Origin: Gammaproteobacteria bacterium
Lineage (GTDB): Bacteria > Pseudomonadota > Gammaproteobacteria > UBA4575
Reading direction: 5' to 3'
DNA length: 64,000 bases
Assembly (NCBI GenBank): GCA_965203475.1
Contig: OZ241890.1
Location: forward strand, 1,513,423 to 1,577,422
A model generated the notes under the pieces. That model saw only the letters and a program-made list of their open reading frames with translations, was not told the origin of the DNA and searched no databases. A program made the position numbers and the translations under genes. Below, in pieces: positions 53,630 to 64,000 of the stretch (the first letter of the stretch is position 1; every line of letters starts with the position of its first letter).

Positions 53630-55021
53630 ATGGAAAAAATACATTCAGAAAACGGTGAAGTGTTAATTACACTATCGCCCTTAATTGACTTTACAAAACA
53701 TAACTTTGATGATGAAGCTGTATCCACTTCTACACCACTTCATGTGAAGTCAATGGAACGTGAAGTCGTAAAACAAACTGAGCTATCGCCCATACATGAT
53801 TTCATGGGCAAACTTCGCCAGCCTGAGGTACTTGAAAGCTTAAAAGAATATGTGCGTTGGCAAATTGAATGGCGACAAGGCTATGCATCAAATACACTTA
53901 CGCTCGAAGAGGCATTAGAAAATGCACCCACTAAAGCACCCATTTCTATTAATTTAGATGTCACAACTGCTTGCAACTACCGCTGTGATCATTGTGTCGA
54001 TATGGATATTCTGAATAAGAATATCAATTATGAACACGAGGCCTTAAAAGACTCTCTCACCAATCTAGCTAATAATGGTTTACGCTCGGTGATTATTATT
54101 GGTGGCGGTGAACCTACGGCTTATAAAGGATTTGAAGATGTAGTTCGTCATTTGAAAAGCATGGATATTCAAATCGGTGTTGTAACCAATGGCAGCATGA
54201 TGAAAAAAATTGAAGCCGTTGCAGATGTACTTGATGAGAGAGATTGGGTACGACTCTCTTTGGATTCAGGCACCAATGACACTTTTCGCGCCATGCATAA
54301 ACCAGGCAGCAAAAAAGTAACACTGGAATGGATTTGTGCGCACATCCCACCTATCAAAAAAATAAATCCTAAATTTAAAATTGGATTTAGCTTTATCATT
54401 GTTTGGAAAGATTGCGAAACCAATGACACCAAAATCATTGAGAACGTAGACGAAATTATACCTGCCGCAAAGCTTGCAAAAGCACATGAGTTTGATTATA
54501 TCTCCTATAAACCTTTCCTGACGCGTGCTGAAATTAATAATGCTGAAGTAATCGGGATTGATAAAGAACGGAATTATGTTGCATCCATCATGGAAAAAAT
54601 TCGCAACAATATCAATGATGCAAAAGAACTTGAAGATGAAAAGTTTGCAGCCATTGAAAGTACAAATTTAAGAGTTCTAGAAAATAGCACCTACATGAAT
54701 TACAGCGAACAGCCGCATAACTGTCATATGCAATATTTTCGTCAAGTATTGAGTCCTTTAGGGGTTTTTAATTGTCCAGTATACCGACATGTTCCCCAAG
54801 CATTGCTTGGGGAAAAACATGGATATGCCACACTAAGCGACTATTCAACAACACAAAAAAATACGTTACGTTTGATTGAAGCCTTTGATGCATCCGATGA
54901 ATGCAAAGACGTAACATGTTTGTACAATCATGCCAATTGGTTTATTGAAGATTTGATAAACAATCCAGAAAAATTAAACCAGCTAGATTCCAGCTTTGAT
55001 CGTAGAGATTTTTTTCTTTAA
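53630..55021 (+). CDS. Radical SAM enzyme with Cys-rich C-terminal extension
   Basis: CNYRCDHC (CX3CX2C), the GGGEP motif, and C-terminal cysteines (NCHMQ..NCPVY..DECKDVTC). Confidence 0.7.
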   Translation: MEKIHSENGEVLITLSPLIDFTKHNFDDEAVSTSTPLHVKSMEREVVKQTELSPIHDFMGKLRQPEVLESLKEYVRWQIEWRQGYASNTLTLEEALENAPTKAPISINLDVTTACNYRCDHCVDMDILNKNINYEHEALKDSLTNLANNGLRSVIIIGGGEPTAYKGFEDVVRHLKSMDIQIGVVTNGSMMKKIEAVADVLDERDWVRLSLDSGTNDTFRAMHKPGSKKVTLEWICAHIPPIKKINPKFKIGFSFIIVWKDCETNDTKIIENVDEIIPAAKLAKAHEFDYISYKPFLTRAEINNAEVIGIDKERNYVASIMEKIRNNINDAKELEDEKFAAIESTNLRVLENSTYMNYSEQPHNCHMQYFRQVLSPLGVFNCPVYRHVPQALLGEKHGYATLSDYSTTQKNTLRLIEAFDASDECKDVTCLYNHANWFIEDLINNPEKLNQLDSSFDRRDFFL

Positions 55022-56046
55022 TGTATTTCATGTGCAAGCAATTGACTTGCACTATTAAATACTCGGTCCACTTCCAACTTGCGCAGACAATTGTAGTGCC
55101 CATAGGGGCATGTTTTTTTCCAACATGGACTACAATCCAGATGTAAATATTCGATACGTGATTTATTCGTAAGGGGTGGTGTATATTTCGGTGTGATGGC
55201 TCCATAAATGGCCACCACTGGACATTTTACTGCGGCTGCAATATGCATCAATCCTGAATCATTGGTTATTGCTACTCGGATAAGAGAAATAAGATCGACT
55301 ACCTCTTCTAATGTTGTTTTTCCGCATAAGTTTTTTGCAACGTTATTTGAAGCCTTTGCTACTACCTCACCTATTTCAAAATCATTTTTAGATCCAAATA
55401 TATAAACTTCATAACCCTGCTTACTAAACTTTAATGCAAGCTCTCCGAAATATTCTGCAGGCCAACATTTTGAAGGCCCAAACTCTGCGCCCGGCATCAA
55501 TGCAACAGCGGGAGATGATTCACTTACTCCTAATTTAATTGCCGCCACATGTCTTTTTGTTTCGTCAATATTTAGTTCGGGAGTTAAAATTTTTAGAGGC
55601 AAATTTGCATCACGTTTATCTCTTCCTAGATTCACATATTTTTCTACAGCTTTATAGGTAACATCAGTATTCAGATCTCGCATATCATTAACTACCGCAT
55701 ATCGCATCTCTCCTCGGTAGGCTGTGCGTTGAGGAATTTTTGCAAAAACAGGAATCAGCGCAGACTTAAAAGACCGAGGTAATATGATGGCTTGCTCATA
55801 TTTCCCACGCAAACTTTTCCCAACTGCATAACGTTGGCCCATTTGCAATTGTCCGTGCCTTAAATCAACTTCGATAATATTGTTAATTTCTGGCATCCGC
55901 GCCAACACTGGTGCAGACCATTTAGGGGCTAATACATCGATCACATGGTCAGAATTTTCTCGCTTGAGCGACTTGAACAAGCTCTGCACCATGACCATAT
56001 CGCCGACCCAGGCGGGTCCTATTATGAGAATATTTTTAGCGCGCAA
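55018..56046 (-). CDS. waaF: ADP-heptose:LPS heptosyltransferase II
   Basis: Strong similarity to E. coli WaaF across the N-terminus (ILIIGPAWVGDMVM...IDVLAP.W...RMPE...PRSFKSAL...RGEMRY). Confidence 0.85.
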   Translation of the reverse strand: MRAKNILIIGPAWVGDMVMVQSLFKSLKRENSDHVIDVLAPKWSAPVLARMPEINNIIEVDLRHGQLQMGQRYAVGKSLRGKYEQAIILPRSFKSALIPVFAKIPQRTAYRGEMRYAVVNDMRDLNTDVTYKAVEKYVNLGRDKRDANLPLKILTPELNIDETKRHVAAIKLGVSESSPAVALMPGAEFGPSKCWPAEYFGELALKFSKQGYEVYIFGSKNDFEIGEVVAKASNNVAKNLCGKTTLEEVVDLISLIRVAITNDSGLMHIAAAVKCPVVAIYGAITPKYTPPLTNKSRIEYLHLDCSPCWKKTCPYGHYNCLRKLEVDRVFNSASQLLAHEIH

Positions 56047-56200
56047 GTCGATTAAATAGGCAAATTTTAAGGTAGATTATTCAAACTAGCTCAAACATAG
56101 TACCGTATTGCAGGAACAATATGTAAATGACGGTATGCCCTATTGGCATGATATTGATATAGTTTAATCACTGAATGCTCTACAAGAAATAACTACCACA

Positions 56201-56851
56201 ATGGATATTAAGCAAGCAAGATTCAATATGATAGAACAACAGATACGTCCCTGGGATGTGCTGGATATTGATGTTTTAAAAATTATTGAGGAAACACCAC
56301 GTGAGTTTTTTGTCCCTGAACAGTACAAAAAACTTGCATTTTCAGATTTAGAAATCCCTCTTGAGTATGAACAAAATATGATGGCACCGAAAGTGGAAGC
56401 GCGCATGTTGCAGGCTCTACAAGTTACTTCGGATGACAGTGTGTTAGAAATAGGAACCGGTACTGGGTTTGTAACTGCTTGTCTTGCAAAACTTGGGAAA
56501 AACGTTGACAGCATAGAATATTTTGCTGAATTTTCTGAATCGGCTGAAACTAAACTGCAAGAAAAAGGTTATCACAACGTAAATCTCATTCAAGGAGATG
56601 CACTAGATTGTATCGAAAATAAAGTGTACGACGTGATCGCAGTTACAGCTTCAATGCCTGTGAGTGCTAATCAGTTTGAAAATTATTTAACGGAAAATGG
56701 AAGAATGTTTGTTGTTGTGGGCAAAGCTCCTGTAATGCAAGCACAATTAATTACACGAATTTCAGATGATGCGCTGAACTATACTTCGCTATTCGAAACT
56801 AATCTAACACCACTAATAGGAATTAATGAACCACAGGTTTTTCAATTGTAA
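56201..56851 (+). CDS. Protein-L-isoaspartate O-methyltransferase-family protein
   Basis: SAM motif VLEIGTGTGF and PCMT-like architecture. Confidence 0.7.
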   Translation: MDIKQARFNMIEQQIRPWDVLDIDVLKIIEETPREFFVPEQYKKLAFSDLEIPLEYEQNMMAPKVEARMLQALQVTSDDSVLEIGTGTGFVTACLAKLGKNVDSIEYFAEFSESAETKLQEKGYHNVNLIQGDALDCIENKVYDVIAVTASMPVSANQFENYLTENGRMFVVVGKAPVMQAQLITRISDDALNYTSLFETNLTPLIGINEPQVFQL

Positions 56852-57174
56852 TGTTCAAAGAGTTTTATCCTCAAGAACTTAAACAGTATTTAGACCAAGC
56901 CGAAATAAAACCCCTACTGTTAGATGTTAGAGAACCTTGGGAATTTGAACGTTGTCATTTAGTTGATTCTAAGTTGGTGCCGATGAGAGAAATTCCGATG
57001 GCGATGCAACAACTTGATCCTGATCAGGAAATTGTAATAATTTGTCATCATGGAATCCGCAGCCGGGCTGTTGCTAACTATTTAGCGCATAATGATTTTA
57101 CGAATGTGATCAACCTGGCGCTTGGCATTGATGGATGGGCCAAACAAGTGGATCCAAATATGCCAACCTATTGA
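56851..57174 (+). CDS. Rhodanese-domain sulfurtransferase
   Basis: Single rhodanese domain with active-site Cys in IICHHG. Confidence 0.7.
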   Translation: MFKEFYPQELKQYLDQAEIKPLLLDVREPWEFERCHLVDSKLVPMREIPMAMQQLDPDQEIVIICHHGIRSRAVANYLAHNDFTNVINLALGIDGWAKQVDPNMPTY

Positions 57175-57195
57175 TCCGAAAGTATCGAAAATTTA

Positions 57196-58529
57196 TGCAT
57201 TCTAAGAGTACTCAATATTTTCTGATTGTATTTACACTATTTGTGATAATGCAAAAAGTTGTATATGCGGAAGATTATGGGCTGATAGATGTTTATTCAA
57301 TGGCTATGCAATTTGATACGGACATTCAAATTGCAACATCAAGATATAACGCCGAGGCACAGGCTAAACCCATTGCACGTGCAAACATTCTTCCGCATGC
57401 AAGCATCAATGCAAACACAACAGATGTGCGCCAAGAAGTAGAAGGGACGACGTTCGGCATTCCAGGTAGAACTGTAAATTTCAATGACCATGGATATACT
57501 CTAAATATTACCCAGGCTCTATACCACCATGATTTTTATGTGCAGTTACGACAAGCCAAGAATTCTGTTGCACGTGCAAAAGTTGACTTAGACGCAGAAC
57601 ATCAAGAATTAATGCTGCGTACCGCTGATGCTTATTTCAATATGTTGGCGGCTCAAGACGATTTAAATTTTCGCCGTAAAGAAAAAGAGGCCATAGGGCG
57701 ACAACTTGACCAAGCTAAAAAAAGATTTGAAGTGGGCTTGATTGCGATTACCGACGTGAAAGAAGCCCAAGCCTCTTATGATCTGGTTATTGCAAGTGAA
57801 ATTGAAGCAATCAATGCGCTTGAACTCTCTAAAGATGCACTCGAAGTCATTATTGCGCAGCGTCTTGAAGAACTACGTCCTCTATCGGAACGTATGGAAC
57901 TAATCAGCCCTGAACCCAATGATGTGAATGAGTGGATTTACAAAGCACGTGAACAAAATCTTGCATTACTTTCAAGCGAGTACACTACGACTATCGCACA
58001 ACAAGAAATTGAACTTCAAAAATCTCAACATTTACCAACACTAGATATTGTTGCATCGCATAATGACACAGATACAGGCGGCTTAACCGGATCACGAGAA
58101 TCAGAAGATACACGTATTGGTATTGAACTCAGCATTCCACTATTGGAAGGTGGCAGGACATACTATCGTACTAAAGAGGCGCGCTATAACGCTGAGCTTG
58201 CCCAACAGCAGCATGAGAAAGTAGACCGAGAAACCGTACAACTCACACGAGGCGCTTACTTAAATGTAATCGCAGGAATTAGTCGTGTAAAAGCATTGGC
58301 GCAAGCACTTGACTCCACCGAGGCAGCAGCGAAAGCTGCTGCGGCAGGCTTCCAAGTGGGCACACGAACATCTGTAGATGTGTTGATTTCTTTGCAGGAA
58401 ACATTTCGCGCCAGACGCGATTATTCTAGAGCTCGTTATGATTATTTACTCAACATATTGCGCTTGAAACAAGCTGTCGGGACTCTTTCTGTTGATGATT
58501 TACTATTGATTGATGGTTGGCTAAATTAA
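57196..58529 (+). CDS. tolC: Outer-membrane efflux channel TolC
   Basis: Signal peptide, two OEP repeats, TolC-like sequence. The ATG at 57196 is preferred over the track start, which overlaps the rhodanese gene. Confidence 0.85.
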
Positions 58530-58534
58530 CTTGC

Positions 58535-59800
58535 ATGTTAAAGACTGTTAATCGCCCTACATTTCAGTACAAAGTATTACTTTTCCTGGTTAGCCCATTG
58601 GCTTTAGGCTATCTAATTTATCGCGCGCTCAAAGACGGGGGATGGCGATATATCACACAACGGATCGGCATTAATATTCCCAAAATTGCAGACCAAACTA
58701 TACATATTCATTGTGCATCAGTCGGTGAAGTTAATGCAGTAAAACCTATTATTCATGAGTTTAAAAAATTTTACCCCATGAAAAGTATTGTGGTTACTAC
58801 CAATACCCCTACAAGCTCGGAGCTAGTTACTAATTTACCTTATAAAAGTATGCAGCACTGCTATTTACCCGTGGATTTAGCGTATGCTGTACACCAATTT
58901 TACAAATTCACGAATCCTTGTATTTCAATTATTGTTGAAACAGAAATTTGGCCTAACCTGTTTTACATCGCAAAGAAGAAAAACATTCCTCTCGTAATTA
59001 TTAATGCGCGATTATCTAACAAAACACTGGATACGAATCAGCTAATTAAAAATGAATATCAACATGCTTTAAAAAATGTAGACCAAATATTTGCGAGATC
59101 AGAAATTGACCGTGAGCACTATATATCATTAGGCGCTATTGAAAATAATACTTCGATATTAGGAAACCTAAAGTACGCAATACATGCAATGCCAAATTCA
59201 AATTTACCATGCACAACAATTAAACGTCCTTTTTTTTTAGCCGCATCTACTCACGAAGATGAAGAGGTACAGTTATCTGAACATCTACAGTTATTAAAAA
59301 ATAAAAATTTTCTTTTAGTCATTGCGCCACGCTATCCTGATCGCGCCAAAAGACTTGCACAAGTTTTTACAGAAAAAGGAATAGAAGTTGTTTTACGTAG
59401 TGATAATTCAACCATCAACGAGAATACAGATATATATATTGTTGATACCCTGGGTGAATTAGAAATGTACTTCAATGAAGCCGCTTTAGTCTTTATAGGG
59501 GGCTCCTTGATTGAACGGGGTGGCCATAATGTATTAGAACCCGCAAAATATGGTAAATGTATTTTGGTCGGCCCTTATACTGATAATTTTTCACTCGAAG
59601 TAAAAGAATTGTTAGCAGCCAGTGGAATAATCCAAGTTAATAATAATTATGATCTTGGCGTTCAGTTGATTAGCTTATTAGTTAACGATGTAAACAGAGA
59701 ACAATTTGGAAAAAACGCGCGAGAATTTATAGAGGAAAAGAAAATAATATTACAAGACTATATGAATTCATTACGTACAATCATAGATACTAAACACTAA
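58535..59800 (+). CDS. waaA: 3-deoxy-D-manno-octulosonic acid (Kdo) transferase
   Basis: The N-terminal TM region and CASVGE, ETEIWPN motifs are typical of WaaA/KdtA. Confidence 0.88.
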   Translation: MLKTVNRPTFQYKVLLFLVSPLALGYLIYRALKDGGWRYITQRIGINIPKIADQTIHIHCASVGEVNAVKPIIHEFKKFYPMKSIVVTTNTPTSSELVTNLPYKSMQHCYLPVDLAYAVHQFYKFTNPCISIIVETEIWPNLFYIAKKKNIPLVIINARLSNKTLDTNQLIKNEYQHALKNVDQIFARSEIDREHYISLGAIENNTSILGNLKYAIHAMPNSNLPCTTIKRPFFLAASTHEDEEVQLSEHLQLLKNKNFLLVIAPRYPDRAKRLAQVFTEKGIEVVLRSDNSTINENTDIYIVDTLGELEMYFNEAALVFIGGSLIERGGHNVLEPAKYGKCILVGPYTDNFSLEVKELLAASGIIQVNNNYDLGVQLISLLVNDVNREQFGKNAREFIEEKKIILQDYMNSLRTIIDTKH

Positions 59801-60582
59801 ATTTTATATCCTTTTAGTAGTTCAACAAAATTTTGATTTTTATAATTTATTCTAGTTTGCATATTTTCAGGACTATTTTGGCTCAATTTTTCCAGTGATC
59901 GTTTAAGTCTATTTAAATTTCGATCACACCATTTACCGATGGAATTTTCTATCTTGGACTTATCGAAATCGATCAAAAAAATATTTTCAGTGCCATCGAT
60001 CAGAATATTATGTGCATTTAAATCGGCATGGTTACACTTTTTTGTATGAAATCGTTTGATTATGTAGCCAATTTCCTGCCATTTGTCGTTACTTAGAGAG
60101 TGACCTTGTAGTACTCTACTTAATGGTTTTGAATGTGAAATTTTTTCAGTAACAATATCTGCAGTATAGCTAGTCTTGAATTTTTGAACATGTGCGGCAA
60201 TGGGCCTTGGCACCGGCAAATTCATCCTGAACATGTCCGACAACATATTTAATTCTTGAATTGAACGTGTGCAGTATAAGCCTCGCCAAAAATAATGATC
60301 AGATGTAAATTTTGCTGCCCAGCCACCACGATAATAGTGGCGTAATATCAAATATTTGTTTTGAAATTTAAACTGATGAATCCCCTTTCTACCTGTACCT
60401 ATCGATGCATCTCGTTTTATATATTCAAATGCTAGATCGCTACTCAACTCACGTGGATCAAAAAGTTGCAATGGAAATTCATCGACTAGTTCGTCATCGT
60501 AAGCAACGATATGATCACCATAAGATTTAAATTCGAACGAATTCATATACACTAGTTTGACATTATTTTTTACTGCAAGCAT
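59797..60582 (-). CDS. kdkA: Kdo kinase
   Basis: YRGG...DLNAHNIL.D...LIDFD...NL.RL.RS pattern of KdkA. Confidence 0.75.
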   Translation of the reverse strand: MLAVKNNVKLVYMNSFEFKSYGDHIVAYDDELVDEFPLQLFDPRELSSDLAFEYIKRDASIGTGRKGIHQFKFQNKYLILRHYYRGGWAAKFTSDHYFWRGLYCTRSIQELNMLSDMFRMNLPVPRPIAAHVQKFKTSYTADIVTEKISHSKPLSRVLQGHSLSNDKWQEIGYIIKRFHTKKCNHADLNAHNILIDGTENIFLIDFDKSKIENSIGKWCDRNLNRLKRSLEKLSQNSPENMQTRINYKNQNFVELLKGYKI

Positions 60583-60590
60583 TTAATAGC

Positions 60591-61637
60591 ATGACACAAG
60601 CACCAAGGTCTATTTGCATTTTACGCTTATCAGCTTTAGGTGATGTAACACATATGCTACCGGTAGTTAGAACCTTGCAAAAAACATGGCCTGAGACAGC
60701 GCTAACGTGGATTATAGGAAAAAGTGAAGCAAATTTGATACGTGATATTGAGGATATTGAATTTATAGAATTCGATAAAAAAAATTCGTTCAAAAACTAC
60801 ATTGCACTCTATCAAATTTTATCTAATAAAACCTTTGATGTTTTACTTAGTGCTCAGATTTCGCTCCGCGCAAACATAATTAGCTTGCTGATTCCTGCGC
60901 GAGTAAAATTAGGTTATGACAAATTAAGATCAAAGGATTTGCACTCCTTATTTATAAACGATCGGATTCATCAATCTCGGTCACAACATGTTTTAGATAG
61001 TTTCTTTTGTTTCATCGAACATTTAGGTATTCAAGAACGAACTTTAAGTTGGAATTATTCAATTACAGAAGCAGCTGTAGATTTTGCACATAAGCATGTA
61101 AATCCTGAAAAGTTCACTGTAATTATCAGTCCGTGCTCCAGCCACCCATTAAGAAACTGGTCCAGTGATAGGTATGCTCAAGTAGCCGATTTTGCAATCC
61201 AGCAGCTAAATGCGCAGGTATTAATTTGCGGAAGTCCTACACCTATTGAAACAAAAATGGGTGAAGAAATTCAATCTCACATGAGTGAAAGTGCAGTAAA
61301 TTTAATTGGAAAAGATACCATTATTAAATTTCTAGCCTTACTAAATACAAGTGATGTATTAATTTCTCCGGACTCTGGGCCCGCCCATATGGCAGCTGGT
61401 GTAGGTACTCCAGTAATTGGCCTATACGCCGCTAGCAATTCACGGCGTAGTGGCCCATACAATAGTTTAATGTGGTGTGTAGATAAGTATGATGAAGCCG
61501 CAAAAAAATTTAAAAACAAATCTGCAAGTGAATTAAAATGGGGAACCAAGTTAGAATATCCCGGTGTTATGGACTTAATTTCAACCGAAGAAGTTATTCA
61601 AAAATTAAAAGCACTCTACAAAGAATTTAAACTATGA
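60591..61637 (+). CDS. GT9 heptosyltransferase (WaaC-like)
   Basis: ICILRLSALGDVTHMLP N-terminus and a C-terminal GT-B nucleotide-sugar domain (DSGPAHMAAGVGTPVIGLY). Confidence 0.75.
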   Translation: MTQAPRSICILRLSALGDVTHMLPVVRTLQKTWPETALTWIIGKSEANLIRDIEDIEFIEFDKKNSFKNYIALYQILSNKTFDVLLSAQISLRANIISLLIPARVKLGYDKLRSKDLHSLFINDRIHQSRSQHVLDSFFCFIEHLGIQERTLSWNYSITEAAVDFAHKHVNPEKFTVIISPCSSHPLRNWSSDRYAQVADFAIQQLNAQVLICGSPTPIETKMGEEIQSHMSESAVNLIGKDTIIKFLALLNTSDVLISPDSGPAHMAAGVGTPVIGLYAASNSRRSGPYNSLMWCVDKYDEAAKKFKNKSASELKWGTKLEYPGVMDLISTEEVIQKLKALYKEFKL

Positions 61638-62023
61638 ATAATATTAATGTACCAGTATCTCCTGGTGAGCTGTTAGATAAAATTACAATTTTGGAAATTA
61701 AAGCCGAGCAAATTCAAGATTCAGAAAAACTGAGCAATGTGCAAATTGAACTCGAGATTTTAAATAAAACTTGGAAAAATGCTTCTATAAAAAATAAAAC
61801 TGTAGAGAACTTGAAACAAGAACTAAAAGAAAACAACCAAGCCTTATGGAATATTGAAGATAAAATCCGAATTAAAGAAGCAAATAAAGAATTTGATCAA
61901 GCATTTATCGATTTAGCTCGATCTGTGTATATACAAAACGATAAACGAGCTGCAACAAAAAAGAAAATTAACCTAGAACTTGGTTCTAAAATTGTGGAAG
62001 AAAAATCATACGCAGAATATTAA
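61634..62023 (+). CDS. Hypothetical coiled-coil protein (129 aa)
   Basis: ORF translationally coupled to the upstream glycosyltransferase gene. Confidence 0.4.
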   Translation: MNNINVPVSPGELLDKITILEIKAEQIQDSEKLSNVQIELEILNKTWKNASIKNKTVENLKQELKENNQALWNIEDKIRIKEANKEFDQAFIDLARSVYIQNDKRAATKKKINLELGSKIVEEKSYAEY

Positions 62024-62030
62024 TGTGAAA

Positions 62031-62720
62031 CTAATGATTCACATTTCGATTCCGATTCCAAACTGAAAGTGCATACACCATCATAAACATTGCTAGAAAC
62101 ATTTCCTTTGTCTCTCCTGCTCTGATATCCAATACTTGAGGAATGTCGGTTCCGATTAATTCATATAATTTTTCATGCCAGCTAACTAACATCGAAAATA
62201 ATGCTGCCGGCAAACACTCTATGGTGGGCCAAATCCAATCATAGATAGAATCTTTACTTGGAATATGGCCTTTATACTGCCGGTACAAAGGTACAAAAAC
62301 TCCTCCAATTAATGCAGCTAAGGATAATAAGGTACGAGGAATTTGATCAAACAGTGGACTTGTATTATGCAAATTTGTTTCTTGTTGGTCATTAACCGAG
62401 CTCCATTGTTCAGGAGTAGCCCAACCAAAATAATGTTGTCCCCAACTTATTTCTTCTCCCGCATAGTAAATAGCACCAAGCAGAAAAATAACCATCCAAA
62501 TATGAAATAACTTGAAGTTTGGCTTACTTTTATTAAGCAAAAACAGCAGTGCGGCAATAATAGCGGTAAACAAAAAAATAACAGTCACATTTTCTATTAC
62601 ACCAAACTCGCCATACATAATTTGATCAGAACTCAAATTTATTATTCTAGCAACATACGGAAAGCACACAAGCAGTACAGGAGCAATTAACCAAATCAAT
62701 GTTGGTAATTTTTTCGTCAT
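62031..62720 (-). CDS. Polytopic membrane protein (229 aa), possibly an LPS-modifying enzyme
   Basis: Five to six transmembrane segments; ORF only. Confidence 0.45.
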   Translation of the reverse strand: MTKKLPTLIWLIAPVLLVCFPYVARIINLSSDQIMYGEFGVIENVTVIFLFTAIIAALLFLLNKSKPNFKLFHIWMVIFLLGAIYYAGEEISWGQHYFGWATPEQWSSVNDQQETNLHNTSPLFDQIPRTLLSLAALIGGVFVPLYRQYKGHIPSKDSIYDWIWPTIECLPAALFSMLVSWHEKLYELIGTDIPQVLDIRAGETKEMFLAMFMMVYALSVWNRNRNVNH

Positions 62721-62721
62721 T

Positions 62722-63369
62722 TTAATTTCTTCCTTTCCATAGTCTTTGTTCGCCTCTTCGTTTCCAATTTTTTAAACTTCTATAGTCACGATATGATTTT
62801 TTTCTAATTCCTGTTTTTATGGCTAATCCCAATATTAGATTTGGAGGGTATAAATACTGCGGTATTAAGTTAAAATCATATAATTTCGGTTTCCAAATAC
62901 CAGCATGATTGTTAATTTTTAAATTACCTGCACTGATATCTAAGTCATGAATATTGTTTTTTTCTGCATGTTTCACAATATGGTAACCTGCCTCAAGAAT
63001 TTCCTGAGGTAAATTACCTAGCTCTATAATTAAATCTTCCAAAATAGTTCCTGGTACAAATTCTTGAATAATTGAATGTGTGTAAATACTGTCAGCAGTA
63101 TATACACGAAATGGTTTGGCAATATATTCTTGTATTTGAGGAATGTTATATAAGGAAGTATTTCGATCAAACTCGTACTGAGCAATATCGAAATTGTATT
63201 TTTTTAGATATTTTTCAGAAGAATTTTTTTTATAGACTTTTACAATTACATCAGCATCACTCAATTTTGCTTTATACACAAACGCCCTTCTACCTTCTCC
63301 AATATACTCAATGACTTTAATGTCATCCGGCAAGGTCAACGATTTTTGCTTTGAAACTATGTTCTCCAT
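62722..63369 (-). CDS. LPS-core kinase-like protein (protein-kinase-like fold)
   Basis: Gly-rich loop IGEGRRAFVYKA and an HDLDISAGNL catalytic-loop-like motif. Confidence 0.55.
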   Translation of the reverse strand: MENIVSKQKSLTLPDDIKVIEYIGEGRRAFVYKAKLSDADVIVKVYKKNSSEKYLKKYNFDIAQYEFDRNTSLYNIPQIQEYIAKPFRVYTADSIYTHSIIQEFVPGTILEDLIIELGNLPQEILEAGYHIVKHAEKNNIHDLDISAGNLKINNHAGIWKPKLYDFNLIPQYLYPPNLILGLAIKTGIRKKSYRDYRSLKNWKRRGEQRLWKGRN

Positions 63370-63490
63370 AGCATTAAGTGATAATGAATGAAATAAATAG
63401 ATAGAAACTTTATTATAACTTAAAATACATTTTATAAACTTTATTCATCAGTCCCGAGTCTCGCGCATTGAATTCTTTGTCGATATTTGT

Positions 63491-64000
63491 ATGCATGTGA
63501 AATTACATAATCTTGTCTATGCGGATGGGGAACAAGGAAAATTCTCGATTGCTTTCGAAAATGGGCAAGAATTTAAAATTTTAGATTGGATCAAAAATCG
63601 TAATTTCGAGGATTATATGCATGAAAAATACAGGATGAAAAAGCATACGAGAAAACGAAATAAACTTTACACGTTCCAACATCCTGAAACTAATTCCGAA
63701 GTTATCCTCAAAGTATCCAAAGTTAATAAAGACTATAAGTTTCTAAGAAGACTGAATTTATTCTTCTCTACACTTAAGGAAGATTATAATTTACGTGCCT
63801 ATAAGGGTGCAAAATTGCTCAACAGCATCGGAGTTGACTGCCCAACCCCAATTGCCTATTGGAATGAAAAAGGAAAATTTTTCACTAAAGAAAGTTATTA
63901 TTTATATGAGAAAATTCTTTCAGAACATTCATTACATACTTTCACTCAACAACTTTTAGAATCTAACTCGAATAATAAAGATGAAATATTCAGGTATCTT
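63491..64000 (+). CDS. Kdo/WaaP-family lipopolysaccharide kinase-like protein (truncated at window end)
   Basis: Lys-rich N-lobe (ILKVSK...); the ORF runs to the window edge. Confidence 0.5.
   Translation, partial: MHVKLHNLVYADGEQGKFSIAFENGQEFKILDWIKNRNFEDYMHEKYRMKKHTRKRNKLYTFQHPETNSEVILKVSKVNKDYKFLRRLNLFFSTLKEDYNLRAYKGAKLLNSIGVDCPTPIAYWNEKGKFFTKESYYLYEKILSEHSLHTFTQQLLESNSNNKDEIFRYL

Overview
Low-GC (~38% by eye) gammaproteobacterial chromosome; the gene order resembles Legionellales-type organisms, but no species can be assigned from sequence alone.

The core is conserved housekeeping synteny: ychF-pth-rplY-prs-tRNA(Gln)-ispE-lolB-TPR on the minus strand, hemA-prfA-prmC on the plus strand, then gatCAB, mreBCD, rnd, metY, slt, ptrB, pdxH, msrA and thiC with its TPP riboswitch. 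The right end is an LPS inner-core locus: waaF, tolC, waaA, kdkA, a waaC-like GT9 gene and extra kinase-like genes.

Several accessory features are embedded in this backbone:
- A 2.1-kb islet between two near-identical 119-bp direct repeats that contain the 3' 32 nt of tRNA-Met(CAT). It carries no integrase and a single cargo gene, a ClpS-like / ClpX-type zinc ribbon / classic-clade AAA+ fusion. I consider this the most novel element.
- A ~160-bp MITE-like repeat family with terminal inverted repeats AATGTCCG...CGGACATT, in at least 5 copies. Two inverted copies bracket an orphan 107-aa ORF. Three more punctuate an accessory gene run (TylF-like methyltransferase, membrane protein, HExxH protein, secreted S1 protease).
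- A mitofusin/BDLP-like GTPase next to a ChaN/Tiki-like lipoprotein.
- A 739-aa lipoprotein with two CxxCH haem motifs flanking Calx/cadherin-like repeats.
- A DUF2182/DUF1326 divergent pair.
- A Gfo/Idh/MocA oxidoreductase plus radical-SAM pair at the LPS locus.

No CRISPR array, IS transposase or prophage was seen.
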